Shown piece after piece: positions 27,018 to 39,597 of a DNA stretch of 64,000 nt. Within the stretch, counting starts at the first letter, position 1; each line of letters begins with the position of its first letter. Below the pieces are notes generated by a model. That model worked only from the letters and a program-made list of their open reading frames with translations, searched no databases and was not told where the DNA came from. This stretch comes from Octopus sinensis (lineage: Eukaryota): positions 155,000,001-155,064,000 of the forward strand of contig NC_042997.1 in the NCBI RefSeq assembly GCF_006345805.1, written 5' to 3'. The position numbers and the translations under genes are program-made.

Positions 27018-28390
27018 CTGAAAGTAAACAAGATGAACATTGGATATGTAATAAATTCATTTTATTTTGTTGTCACAAGAATTATTTATGTGTATCATCA
27101 TCATCATCATCATCATTATTTAATGTCCACTTTCTATGCTGACATGGGTTAGAGGTTTGACTGGAACTGCAAGAATTCTTCACAGGCTTCTTGAAGCATG
27201 ACCAGTAAACAAGTACCACCTTAGTCTGCTGGCTGTGGACAGCTGACACTTCCATCATGCCAGCAAAATAAGCTGTGAGTTTTCATATAATAATAATGTC
27301 AACATTATTATAATCTTTTAATGCCTATCTTCTATGCTGGCCTAGGTTGGACAACTTGGCAGGATCCAATGGATCTGAGAACTGCATCATACTCCAATAT
27401 CTGCTTTGGACATGGTTTCTTACAGCTGGATGTCCTTCCTTAATGCCACTCACTTGGCAGCAGCACTAGTGATCTATGTAACTCACAAAACTAAGATTCC
27501 CTTCAACCGAGTGAGGTTACAGTAGAAATGTCCAAATAAAAATATGGGTAAAATAACTGAATATCTAGATTATAGTACAACTTCAATAATTGATATTACA
27601 AGAGAAAAAGGAATTTAGAAACTGAATTGTATACTTTAAAATTTCCAAAATTTATTTCTAAGTTTAGATAACCAACTATGTAAAATATACATCTAATAAT
27701 TGCTTAGTAAGAACTGAATTTTTCCACAAGCTAAGCAACTGAACTGCTATTGTTGTTGTTTAGCCATCTCCAAGTCAACACTGACCAAATGTAACATCAT
27801 ACTCAACCTTCCATTTTTTTTCACAACAGCAAGCTATGATACAAGGCAAATTTGTCTACTATTTCTATCAATCCATTTAACTATGTAGAGACTCCCTCAC
27901 TTGATCAGGTCAATAGTAGCATTAAAAGTTTATGAAGTGTGTAAGAATTACAGATGTAGAATTCCTACTTGGCCTCAGATATGAGGGTTAAATGAAATTG
28001 ATACAGTGAGTTACTTTTTAAGAAGTTACAATTCACTGAGGGTGCCAGAAATATGTCCCAATTGGCCTCCCATACTTACTGGCTTTTCTTTTTTTTTTTT
28101 TTTGTCATCACAAATGTATTTCCAGTTTAGATATTTAACACTCCATGCATCACATATGTAAATACCCACTGACCCATGATACAATCAATATTGTTAATAA
28201 AGGAGTATATAAAGTCAGCCTGACTTTAAAAAAAAGACAACCTACATCAAATTTAATAGAGGGGAAACTGTACTGATACTCATGTGTGCTTGTGTGTGTC
28301 TGTGTGTTTGCATTTGTTGTGTGTGTGCATGTGCATGTGTGTGTACATATAAATATGTCATACAATTACAAAAGGCTGTGTAAACCGTAC

Positions 28391-28565
28391 CTTGGTTAGT
28401 GGGTAATCTCCCTCCCCCTGAGTACAAATAAAGTGATCTAAATAATTCCAGTTATAGTTTTCCAGCTTTTCATTGGTAAATTCAGTCTCAGACAGACTGT
28501 AATGGTCGGAATCAGGAGCTTGAAATCTATATCGGTATTTGTAGTGCATCAGACGATATGGATGC
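28391..28565 (-). CDS. DEPDC5: DEPDC5 exon (YKYRYRFQAPDSDHY...EKLENYNWNYLDHFIC)
   Basis: ttggcag/gtacgg, 175 nt, phase 2-0; ExLExYxWNYLD motif. Confidence 0.95.
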
Positions 28566-28957
28566 CTGCCAAAAAGAAATTTTAAATGAAATAATTATTC
28601 AATTACCATTCAAAAAATCAAACTATAGATTTTTTTTCTTTTATTAATCAGTTATTATTTTCTAATAATGTATCAATAAAGTTTAACTATTTCACACAAT
28701 GGTTATAGTTAAGAATATGGTTAGTCCACATTACTCCATAGGAAAGTGGAAGTTCTAATATCTGTTTTAGTTTGGTTTCTACAGTTAAATGCCCATCCTA
28801 ATGCCAAACTCTTTATAGTGTACTGGGTGCATTTTTTGTGGCACCAGCACTGGTGAGGTCACCAAGTACTCACAAGACAGGACAAGACTCAACTGAGTGG
28901 AGCATAGATAGAATTGAGGGATGTGAGAGTATGATAGAAATAACAAAATAAAATTAC

Positions 28958-29043
28958 CGTGGCATGTATCTAGTGACTATAACAGTTTTATCCACGCGAG
29001 TCATCTTATGATAAACTCGGCCAATACTTAAATAACAGATTTC
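28958..29043 (-). CDS. DEPDC5: DEPDC5 exon (EICYLSIGRVYHKMT...IVTRYMPR)
   Basis: tttgcag/gtaatt, 86 nt, phase 0-2; LSxGRxxHK and VTRYxP motifs. Confidence 0.93.
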
Positions 29044-29271
29044 CTGCAAAAAACAAAACGAAAAAAATTTTAAATTTAAAGAATCAGTTTAACAGACAAC
29101 TATTTCCAACTAGGTTTCATAGTTTTAGCATTTAAACTGGCCATATCTGGCCCTAATATTCTACCTGTTTTACACTCAAATCAGCCAGATCCCATCTCTC
29201 ACACCTACCCTACTAAGGCACTCTAAAAATATACGATCATATCATCAAAATCTTAAAGCTATGAGATAATA

Positions 29272-29462
29272 CATCATCATCATCGTTTAACGTCCGTTTT
29301 CCATGCTAGCATGGGTTGGACGATTTGACTGGGGTCTGGGAAGCCAGGAGGCTGCACCAGGCTCCAGTCTGATCTGGCAGTGTTTCTACAGCTGGATGCC
29401 CTTCCTAACGCCAACCACTCCATGAGGGTAGTGGGTGCTTTTTACGTGCCACCGGCACAGCG
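29272..29462 (-). mobile_element. RTE 3' tail inserted in a piggyBac-type MITE (29120-29518)
   Basis: Same RTE terminus, with MITE halves on either side. Confidence 0.7.
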
Positions 29463-29564
29463 TGCCAATGAGTACAAAGCATTACAGTTGATAGAATAAT
29501 GTGAATGCTGAAAGGTTAAAAGTGAAAAGTCTGCAATGAGAATATTTCAAAAGACAGGTAACGC

Positions 29565-29792
29565 TTAACTCTTTAGCATTCAGATTTTTCTGTCAAATGT
29601 ATTCTTTATTTATTCACATTGTTTCGAATTAATCATGCATTATTCTCATAGCTTTGAGATTTTGATGATGTGATTGTATATTTTTAGAATGACATTTTAG
29701 GGTTGGTGTGAGAGTCTTGATCTGGCCAGTTTGAACATAAAATAGGTAGAATATGTTGGCTTGATATGGCTGGTTTAAATACTAAAGGGTGA
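29565..29792. mobile_element. piggyBac-type MITE family 1
   Basis: TTAACTCTTTAGCATT...AATACTAAAGGGT termini. Confidence 0.65.
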
Positions 29793-29984
29793 AAAGAATA
29801 AAATCAAAGTCAAAACCACTGAGAAAAGTCAGTTTTAAGATTTGTGAAACACTCACTGAGCTATTAACATCACAGCATCCATAGTACAAACTTCAGAAAG
29901 CTATAATCATTTTTTCTTTTTTTATATTCAGTCATTAACAAATAGCAGGCTTTATGAAAGAAATTATGACTACACATATAGATA

Positions 29985-31198
29985 TCACGTCATTAAGAAT
30001 GAAATTACCAATTTTGAACTGAAAATTTATGTTACTTTATGTTAACAAAAAGCAATGCAGTTAATCAAAGTATGCACCTAAATTATCAACACAATTTTGC
30101 CATTTTATCGTTAGCTTATTTGTGGGTAGCAAAGAATTCTGGAGAGCAAGATGTGATGAAATCACGAAAGGCTATTTTTGCTTCTTCAGATTTGAAGTTT
30201 TTTTCCTTACAAAAAGTTGTCTAATGCCTGGAAAACATGATAGCCAGTTAGTGCAAGGTCTGGTGAATATGGTGGATGACAGTTCAGTTGGTGTAACTAG
30301 AGTAGCGTTCTTTGTGCAACATGTGGTCGAGCATTGTCGTGTTAGAATATTGTCCTGTCTCTGTTGACCAAGCTCGGTTGCTTAATTGCAAGTTCACTCA
30401 TCATTTCATCCAGTTGGTTGATGGATACACATGCTGTAATCTCATGAAGCTGTAGTGGATGAAACCAGTGCAGGACCATTAGCGTTTTTTTGGTGAATAT
30501 TCATATTTGGATTGTGTTTTGGAACTTCGTCTCCATCCAACCACCATACAGAATGCTTGCTATTGTTGAAAAGAATTTTTCATCACGCATAACAATACAA
30601 TGCGAAAATGGTTTGCTTTTATGCTGTGACAGCAAACAACAGCAAGTTTCAAGACGATGTGTCAATTGATGCTCATGTGGTACCCACTCGTCCAGATTTG
30701 TTTCAGATGGTCCAATACATTTGGAATCAAAACATCAAACCTTGCTGCTAACTCACACATAGTCTGAGATGTATCTGCTTCCACTACAGTTTCCATCTCC
30801 TCATTACCCACCGTGGTTTCAGGTCTACCACGGGGCTGATTTTCAAGAGTAAAGTTACCAGACTAGAATTACTCAAACCATCAATGTACAGTGTGCTCAT
30901 TCGCCACATCTTCACCAAATACCTTATTGTTGTTTCAAGATGACTGGGATGCATTGGTTCCACAGCAGAACTCACATTCATAAACAACTTGAATTTTTGA
31001 TCACTCCACGGATTCACAAAAATCAATTTACAAGAGAAAACTCACAATATAACTTGACACAACAAACTGCATTTCAAAAAGTGATGATGTAACTCTTCAA
31101 TGTTGTAAAACAATGAATTGTCAGGATAAAACATTAGAGTTAACGACTGTCAAACTTGGTGCATAAGAAAATCAGACATTTCATTCTTAATGACCTGA
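29985..31198 (-). mobile_element. Degenerate full-length mariner (cecropia/Hsmar1-like)
   Basis: TIRs TCA(C/G)GTCATTAAGAATGAAAT flanked by TA; relic motifs WVPHE, HDNARPH and HPPYSPDLA on the minus strand with many stops. Confidence 0.85.
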
Positions 31199-31374
31199 TA
31201 TTTTGTTAATGATTTTTGCTGTACAGCCACATGGTTCTGAGTTTGATATCATCATGTGGTACCTCGGGCAAGTATTTTCTTCAATACTTTTGCACCAACT
31301 AAAGCATTGCAATTATAATTTGGTTGACAGAAACTTTGCAAAAGTCCACCAGATTCATACATATAGATAGGAGG

Positions 31375-31714
31375 AGGAGGAGACCCCTTCAGTCATGAAT
31401 GACCATGGGATTGCACCTAGAAAGTTACCCTCCAAGGCACAAGTCTGGGCAGGGTTGTTTGTGGAAGACCAGCAGTCGCCCATGCATACCGGTCTCCCCT
31501 CCCCACGCCACCAATGTTATCCAAGGGAAAGGCAAAGGATGATACAGCTTGGCACCAGTGATGTCACAACTCATTTTTACAGCTGAGTGAATTGGAGCAA
31601 CGTGAAATAAAGTGTCTTGCTCAAGAACACAACACGCAGCCAAGTTCGGGAATCGAACTCACAACCTCACGATCGTAAGCTCGATGCTCTAACCACTGAG
31701 CCCTGCACCTTCAC
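31375..31714 (-). mobile_element. SINE family C, full length
   Basis: Reverse complement of 9706-10050. Confidence 0.85.
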
Positions 31715-32307
31715 ATGTATAGATACAGATATAGATATATAATATAAATATTTGCAAAAGCTTTTTGAGCAATGCAGGTGAAGAATTAAACAAAATATGT
31801 AAGGTAAATCCAAAGAATGAAAACAAAGAGAAAAGATATTGTATTACCTTACATAGGTTGTTTGATGATTTTATAATATTTGGGTACAGGGAGGTGGGGG
31901 GATTCTTCTTTTCAAATAGAAGAAATTTTAAAAATCAGAGTTCTGAGAATTGTGTGGTTAATGGCAGGGCATTTTAATGTGTTGTCAAAAAAAGCATTAC
32001 CTGAATTAGTTCGTGCAGTAACAATTACAAGAATAATTAAACAACCTGTGTAAGATCATACAATATCTTCTTTGTTTTCATTCACTGACATCACCTTACA
32101 TATTTCACTTACTTCCTCACCTGTATTGCTGAAAGAATTTTTCCAAACAATAGTTCCAAAAGCCATCAAATTCAAATCTTATCACATGAGAATCACAAGA
32201 AGTATTGTGTTCAAGAAACAAAAAAGTAGTTACTACATACAGCTACATTATTTTGTTAAGAAAAAAAAGCAATTGATAATAATTTTAGTTATTCTTAAAT
32301 AACTTAC

Positions 32308-32415
32308 AGAATCTTCATTTTTATTATGAAGTGATTTATAAAATCCAGCTCCTCGATGTCTGGTGATGGATAAAGAATCAGATAGGTTCTTTGGCAAAAC
32401 AATCAGTTGGAAACC
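32308..32415 (-). CDS. DEPDC5: DEPDC5 exon (GFQLIVLPK...)
   Basis: atttag/gtaagt, 108 nt, phase 0-0; completes the QRLxQG[FY]Q motif. Confidence 0.92.
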
Positions 32416-33433
32416 CTAAATGTGATTATGAAAAGAATATACATCACATTAATAACTTCATAGTCACACATATCATACAATCAGAATAATAAATGCATAA
32501 ATATTATGTATTTAGCAGATCTAGCTGGATCCTACCAAGATTACAAAGTAAATATGTTAGTAGTAGTGGTGGTGGTGGTGGTGATTTAAACAGCTTGTCT
32601 TAAAATCACATGGCTCTGGGTCCAATTTCATAGTGTAGAACTTTGGGCAAATGTCTTTTAACATAACTTCGGGTCTATCAAAGTCTTGTGAGAGAAATGT
32701 GGTAGAATGGAAACTATATAGAAGTCAGTCAGATGGAATGTACATGTATTTGAATGGGGGACTCAATCCATCACCAAATTTACCTCCACCACTTGACCCT
32801 GGAGTGCCTTTAATGAGTTCACTCAGTTGCAATCATTATGATCAATGACAATAGTGGACATGATGCTGGTGGTGGTGGTGGTGTGGTGGTGGTGGTGTGA
32901 TGATGATGATACTGAAACCCAAATCCTTGAGAGCATGGATTAGCTGGTTCTATAACAAATGGTATGAATTTGTAATAAATAATTTAAATGTCGGTGCCCC
33001 AGCATGGCCATAGCTCATGAGCTGAAAACGGTTCAATTCAATTCAACCTCATTTGAGAAAGAACTGTACCAAACTGATGTAATCAGAAACATGTGTCTTG
33101 GTGAGGTTTGAACTTACAACTATTCACTTAGTTATCTACCAGCTTTGCCATTCAACTGCTTCATCTCTTAATTGCAACAAGTATATAAGGATTTTGTTAT
33201 CTTGAATATTCCAGCTTATCGAGTAATTAATTTGATCCATCATGTGGAAAAAGTTTTTAAAATTTGATAAAAACCTGTGGAAGCCATGTCACTGAAGTCC
33301 ATATTAAACATCACAATCATCTTGCTTCCATTATCCATCCTTACAAAGTGACAGAACCCCTTATAAACACTAAATATCAAATCAATGAAAAGGGTTTTAT
33401 TTAATTTAATTTACTTTTCCACCATCACCACTA

Positions 33434-33785
33434 TGTGAAGGCACATGGTTTAGTGGTTAGAGCATCGGGCTTATAATTATGAGGTTGTGAGTTCAATTCC
33501 TGGACTAGGCTGTGTGTCATGTTTTTGAACAAGACATTATTTCACATTGATCCAGTTCACTCACTTGTAGAAGTGAGTTGCAATGTCACTGATGTCAAGC
33601 TCTATCATCTTTTACCTTTCCCTTAGACAACACTGATGGCTTGGGGAGGAGAGACTGGTATGCATAGGCAACTGCTGGTCTTCCACAAAGCAACCTTACC
33701 TTGATTATGCCTCAGAGAGGAACTTTCAAGGTGCAATACCAAGGTCATTCATGACCAAAAGGGGGTCTTTACCCATCTTTTTACC
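33434..33785 (+). mobile_element. SINE family C, degenerate
   Basis: Similarity to 9706-10050. Confidence 0.75.
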
Positions 33786-33844
33786 CACCATCACCACCAC
33801 AACCACTACTTAAATTTAACATTGATATAGTAGAAACACTTAAC

Positions 33845-33938
33845 CTGTGATAATCTTTGTGATATCAGCTCCCTGAACAATTGCTCTGTGTCCATTGGAG
33901 GCTTTCGGTAGCATTTCTCATCTGGGTTGCTTGGTAGA
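33845..33938 (-). CDS. DEPDC5: DEPDC5 exon (PPMDTEQLFRELISQRLSQ)
   Basis: tcaacag/gttaag, 94 nt, phase 2-0; FxExxxQRLxQ motif. Confidence 0.93.
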
Positions 33939-34501
33939 CTGTTGATAAAATGCATAAAATTTAATTAAATAAACAAAAGTGTATTCTCTGAGTAGAACTG
34001 AATCTAAATTGATGTTTGCAAAAATGTTAACATTTTTAATATGTTAAAGAATTAGAAAGTAGAATATTCTATACAAAATTATAATAAAAATATTCTATAT
34101 GAAAACTAGTAAATTAAAATGGAAAATATTCTTGGGAGAATAAAGAAAATCATTTTACTAGAAAACTTAAATGATAACAGTTATTGTTCATTTGCTAAAG
34201 AACCTATCCTTTAAAAGGAAACACAGCTCTCTCTTGACAAAATATATAAGTATTGTTATACTTATTATACTAGGGGTTGAGTTTTTTTTTTTTTTCCAAT
34301 TAAACACATGTACTATTTATTCTATCTTCGCTTTAGTTTTTATTTGTATTATCTTTAGTTCACACATCTGTCTCACATTCTATGACCTCATCAAATGACT
34401 CTCCGTCCCATGTGTCTCCTCTTGTCCTGCTTATTCCAGTTTATCCTTCTGTGGTATGTATCTCTATCTGCACATACATTTACATGTGTGTGTGTGTGCA
34501 T

Positions 34502-34545
<44 letters not shown>

Positions 34546-34889
34546 ATGCGTGTATGTATATTACACTGTTTGTACTTGCCCATATTTTTTTCTCCTTCTG
34601 TCTTTAGTATGTGTATGTATGTCTTGTGTGCATAAGAATTATCTTCTTAAATTTACACATCTAGTAAATTAAAATTAAACTTCTTGATGTCCTCTATGCA
34701 ATTTGGAAAAATAAGCTTCTAGTTTTAGGGGGGTTTTTTTACTACCTCTAAATTTCAGATAGTAAATCTGTAAACATATCTTTATAGTTATAGGTTAACT
34801 CATGTATGTCATGCTAGATATGAGAATCAATGAACTAATAATCTTTATATTATCGCAAATCTTTTTCTGAAAAATTTTGTGAAACTTAC

Positions 34890-35034
34890 TTTGTCCAGTA
34901 TTCACTGTTCACAATTTCAGGCAGAATGATGTAATGATAAACTACAAAATCAGCATTCAAACTACGCAGATCTGGGAAGAAGTCTGTTGTAATTGGTAAA
35001 GATGCTGGAATTGTTAGAGACTTCCAATCAACAC
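34890..35034 (-). CDS. DEPDC5: DEPDC5 exon, start of SHEN domain ([21 protein letters not shown])
   Basis: tttacag/gtaagt, 145 nt, phase 1-2; hallmark VDWKSLxxPAxLPxTTDxFP motif. Confidence 0.97.
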
Positions 35035-36569
35035 CTGTAAAAATGAAATAAATAAGAACACAAACAATATTATTTACATTGCACAAGGTTACTAATACTG
35101 TTTAAGGTTATTAGTTTGGTGTCACCAATGACCAACTTCAAATACCAGTAAATCAATGCAAAATATATGAAGAACACGTTTAACAGCAAAAAGCAAGAAA
35201 AACAAAAGCTGCTAGTAAATAAGTTAATGCCAACAATTTGATGCCTTAGTGAAACTTTGTAAAATAAAGCAATAAGTTAATTTTGTGCTCAGTTCCAAAT
35301 ATTACTCAATAGACTCAATAATCTGTTGTTTTCACAAGAGAAGATTTGAAGCCTCATTTTAAAGTGAATAGATATTTACCAAATTATCAATGAAGAACTA
35401 CTATAAAAAAAAACTACTCAGACTCTCCTTTCTTTTCTCTTTGATATTAAATTATGAACTTTCAGAGTATCTACTTATCTATGAAGAACTACTATAAACT
35501 CTCACATTCCTGAATTTCCTGTTCTGCTTAATTTATATGTATTTTTTATACTCATTTCTGTATATCTATTTTATAAACGCTTCAATGTCATTAACAACTG
35601 CCTATCAATCTTTTATTTTATTGTGCTTTTATTAACTCAACTGGAATATTGCCTATAGCTAACTCTTGTCTACCTATATTCTGCTTCCTTTCATCCAATG
35701 CTGGATTTAAAGTTTCTGGCCCAGTTTGAGTATTAACTGTCAACATCTAGCATGCCTTTGCCTGACATATTTGCACCCATTATACATACATACATACATA
35801 CATACATACATACATACATACCATACATACATACCATACATACATACATACATACATACATACATACATACTACATACATACATACATACATACATACAC
35901 ATACGTACATATTCATGTTTTAAGTTCTATTACATGTGTGTGAGTGAGAGAGAGAGAGAGAAAGAGAGATGATTATTGTTTCTAGCTATGAACTAAAGAT
36001 TAGCTAGAAAATGGCAAAACTTCTTTGGCACTAGTTTTATTTCATTGCATAATAACTGCAAACAGTAGAAATCATGGGACAATGACAGTGGTAATCACAA
36101 CTGAAGAGTATAATATTTAGATTAATCCCTTTCAATTGAAAGCTGAAGGACTACCAAGTTAGATGTTACTTTAAATCTTTCTAAGGAGAGGAAGGAGTCA
36201 ATAAAATAAGTACTCTCAACACAGCATTCCAATCAAAAAACTATATTCTGCCCTTAGCTGAAAGAATATGCTCACAGATTACATACAGATGCATACACTC
36301 AGTATTCAAATCATAGTTGAGTTAGTCAACCACTCACTATACAGACTCAGACAATCACTGTACAAACCAATGAGAGAATTTCTACATAGCCATTTGATCT
36401 GCTAGAAATAATAGCTAAATCCCTCTCAAATTACACTCCACTGTAATGTAGTCTTAGGTGCATTATGTCTTTTGGAAATTATAAAGACAGAATGATCAGG
36501 CTTAAAATGCCTTTGATCATAGGTCAGCTTGATAAGATCTGCTTGATAGCATGGGGTCAAATGACAACA

Positions 36570-36950
36570 ACAGACACTGTTAATGTACAGACCACCACTC
36601 TTAATGCACAGACAACTGTTGTAAATGTCTAAAGAACCACCATCGATGCTCAGCCAACTGATCAATGCTCAGTCCACCACTGACAATGCTCAGACAGCCA
36701 CTGTCAATGCTCAGACAACCACTGCCAATAACTAGATACTTTTTGTAAATACTCAAACAACCACTGTTAATGCTCAGACAACCACTCAATACTCAGACAT
36801 CATCCACTATCAATGCTCAGACAGCAATTGTATCCACTGTACATGCACAGACAACCTGTATACATATTCAGACAATTATTGTAAATGTCTAGACAACCAC
36901 TATCAATGTTGAAACAATGACATTTAAATGTTCAGACAAACTGTAAACAT
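36570..36950. repeat. Degenerate ~22-bp minisatellite
   Basis: Repeated CAATGCTCAGACAACCACTGT-like units. Confidence 0.75.
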
Positions 36951-37457
36951 GAATGCATATATAAAAAAAAAATCCTCAAAATTAATTTTCATTACATTTT
37001 TCAAAAAGAACATAAATTTTTAGTCATAGAAATTTAACATAAAACAAATATTCAACAAACAAAAACCAAACTGAACACATTAAAACTGTAAGTTAGGCAA
37101 CATTAATAACAACTGCATATACATATATATATAGGTACATATACACAAATGCATGAGATGGAGGGCAAGAGACAACATTGAGCATAAGTGCATTCATTCT
37201 TCTTAATTATTCAAATAGCAGAATAACTTTTTTTTAAAAATTGCTTCAAGCAGTTTGAGAGATAAATAATACTGTTTAATAAAGGTGACATTAGTTAAGG
37301 ATATTAAATTAGGAGTTGCTATTGATCATAATTGTTATGATTATAAGAAAGACAAAGAGAAGTTATATTAGGAGATACGATGAAAAAATTAAGATGTTGC
37401 CTTCAAAAAAGGTGACATAAAAAAGAAGTTTTCAGTTAAGTGGCAGATCTAAAAGAT

Positions 37458-37572
37458 TTAACCCTTTAGCATTGAAACATCTCAAAGTTACAAGATAATT
37501 CATGATTAATTCAAGCCAATGTGAATAAAACAGCTTACATTTGACAGAATAATCTGAATGCTAAAGGGTTAA
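37458..37572. mobile_element. Internally deleted piggyBac-type MITE
   Basis: TTAACCCTTTAGCATT...AATGCTAAAGGGTTAA perfect inverted termini. Confidence 0.75.
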
Positions 37573-37639
37573 GAAATAAGTGTAATTATTGCATGAGAAT
37601 ACAAATAATAGATTTCTTTGCTGCATTTGTTTAAGTAAA

Positions 37640-37830
37640 TAGATAGATAGGGCCTCCATCGGTCATGGCTGACCATGGATGATGTCATCCGTCCATTGAG
37701 TTGTCTATTCAGTTTTTGCAATGCCTCCTGTGGCTGTAGAGACCGATGCGAGAATGGCAGTCTCATTTGCAGAGGTCACACCTATACGTTGAATCCAGTC
37801 TGTTGGCTGTCATTTCTTTTCTGCAGGCTC
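37640..37830 (-). mobile_element. 3' end of a second RTE-clade LINE family
   Basis: Translates YRCDLCK*DCHSRIGLYSHRRHC (C2H2 tail typical of RTE ORF2), followed by a hairpin and short TATC tail. Confidence 0.7.
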
Positions 37831-37876
37831 AGTTTAAGTAAATATTTATCTATATAAATACACACACACACATGTA

Positions 37877-38215
37877 GAATAAGTTGGAGTCAACAAGAAG
37901 GAGTGCAGTTGGACATTTATTTGTAATCACTACAATTGTTTCCATACAACATAGTTCTCCAGGCTTGCAGTTGTTTGGTTATGTAACTGTTTCCCTGCAT
38001 TATGATAACTAGTTGTGTTTCCTCAGGCAATATATAAATATTGTCTCCTGAGGAATAAATATTGCTTTAGGAAACACCACTTGATCTCATAATGCAGGAA
38101 AACTGTTACATAACCAAATACCTGCAAGCCTGGAGAACTACATTGCATGGAAACAACTGTAGTGATTACAAACAAATAGTCAATTGTATCTCTTCGTGTT
38201 GACTCCAATTTATTC
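37877..38215. repeat. Long imperfect palindrome (~155-bp arms, ~20-bp loop)
   Basis: GAATAAGTTGGAGTCAAC... pairs with ...GTTGACTCCAATTTATTC along the whole arm. Confidence 0.9.
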
Positions 38216-39011
38216 AATTATCTATTCACATACTACAGAAGCCCCAACACAAATCTGGCAGTACGTATAATACTACTACTGGATAGCACCAGATGAAATA
38301 TGAAGGTGGACAAGCTTTAGACTGTATTCTACTATGTTCTTAACAGAATATAACATTACAATATATATATGATGGCTGCCCCCTCGTTATCAAGTATGGC
38401 CATTGCACGAAGCTTAACTGTTATTGGTGCTGAGATCGAATGTGACTTTTATTTGCTTTTTAAGGATACACCCAGCTATTCAGTTGAGACTCACAGCACT
38501 ATCATCAATCATGAACAATGTTGCTATCGAGCAATGTCTGTGCAAGAAGATTTTTTTTAAAGTGGGGAAAGGCTGTGCACTGAGTCAATCCCACTCACTA
38601 AGCAACAGCAGCCATAATCCGAAAAGAAGAACAAGTAAACATCATCGGTAACCACTGAGCCACAGGTTTTATGTTGGAGTTATCCCAGTTACATGAGTTA
38701 CCTTCTCCTAGAAGGATGCCCTAACAAAGGCTAGGAGTCCTTCACTCCCAATGGTTTAACCATGCAATCAGGTATTCAGTCTGATTATTTCTATGTCCCC
38801 GCACATGATACAGCCTTAATGCTCAGAATGTTATATATAAATGTACAAAAGTTCTAAACTTAATCATGTGTTCATTCACTAGAAACACATATATATTGAT
38901 ATATACATACATAAATATATATATATATATATTGATATATAGATATTGATATATACATAAATATATATATTGATATATACATACATATGTGTGTGAGTGT
39001 GTGTATGAATA

Positions 39012-39391
39012 AATAAAGCAAATGAAAGACGGAAGATGGAATATATGAGAATTTATTATTAATCACGGCAACTGTTTAGACACATCTAGCATTGTGTTCA
39101 TTTCGCATTTTTACCATCTGTTATTTTATTTTTGATCTATATAAATGAAAATATTTCCTCCATCTGGCTGCTTTTCTTTCCACAAAATGAGAAGTTACAT
39201 TGTGGAACTGTTATTTTAACGAGTTATATCTATTTATCACCCGACAAGATACATCTGCACTGCCGGATGCTCCTGAACTAGTTGTCGAGTATCCTACCCA
39301 TGAGGGATTGATGCTAGATGTATCAAAACAATCATCATGATTAATAATAAATTCTCATGTATTCCATCTTCCGTCTTTCATTTGCCTTATA
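39012..39391 (+). mobile_element. Penelope-like element terminus: ~80-bp inverted repeats enclosing a decayed hammerhead
   Basis: GCAAATGAAAGACGGAAGATGGAAT... is inverted near 39310-39390; hammerhead-shaped relic at 39232-39345. Confidence 0.6.
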
Positions 39392-39558
39392 CATAACAAT
39401 CACTGTGAAAGTGACTATGCTATGCCAGTAAGCTACCACATGCAAACCATTCGTTTTATCATCCATTATATGAATAAATATATAAATATATATATATCCA
39501 TGTTGGATCGTTAGCCCCTACACGCAATTTTTTTCTCTCCTTGTTTCTTTTCTGTGTA

Positions 39559-39597
39559 TCTTTCTGTCGAAGAGCATAGGCTCGAAACATAAAAGAC
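39559..39597 (+). ncRNA. Minimal hammerhead-like motif with a variant core
   Basis: TCTTT-CTGTCGAA-GAGC atag GCTC-GAAA-CA-TA-AAAGA: stems I and II pair, but the core is non-canonical. Confidence 0.4.
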
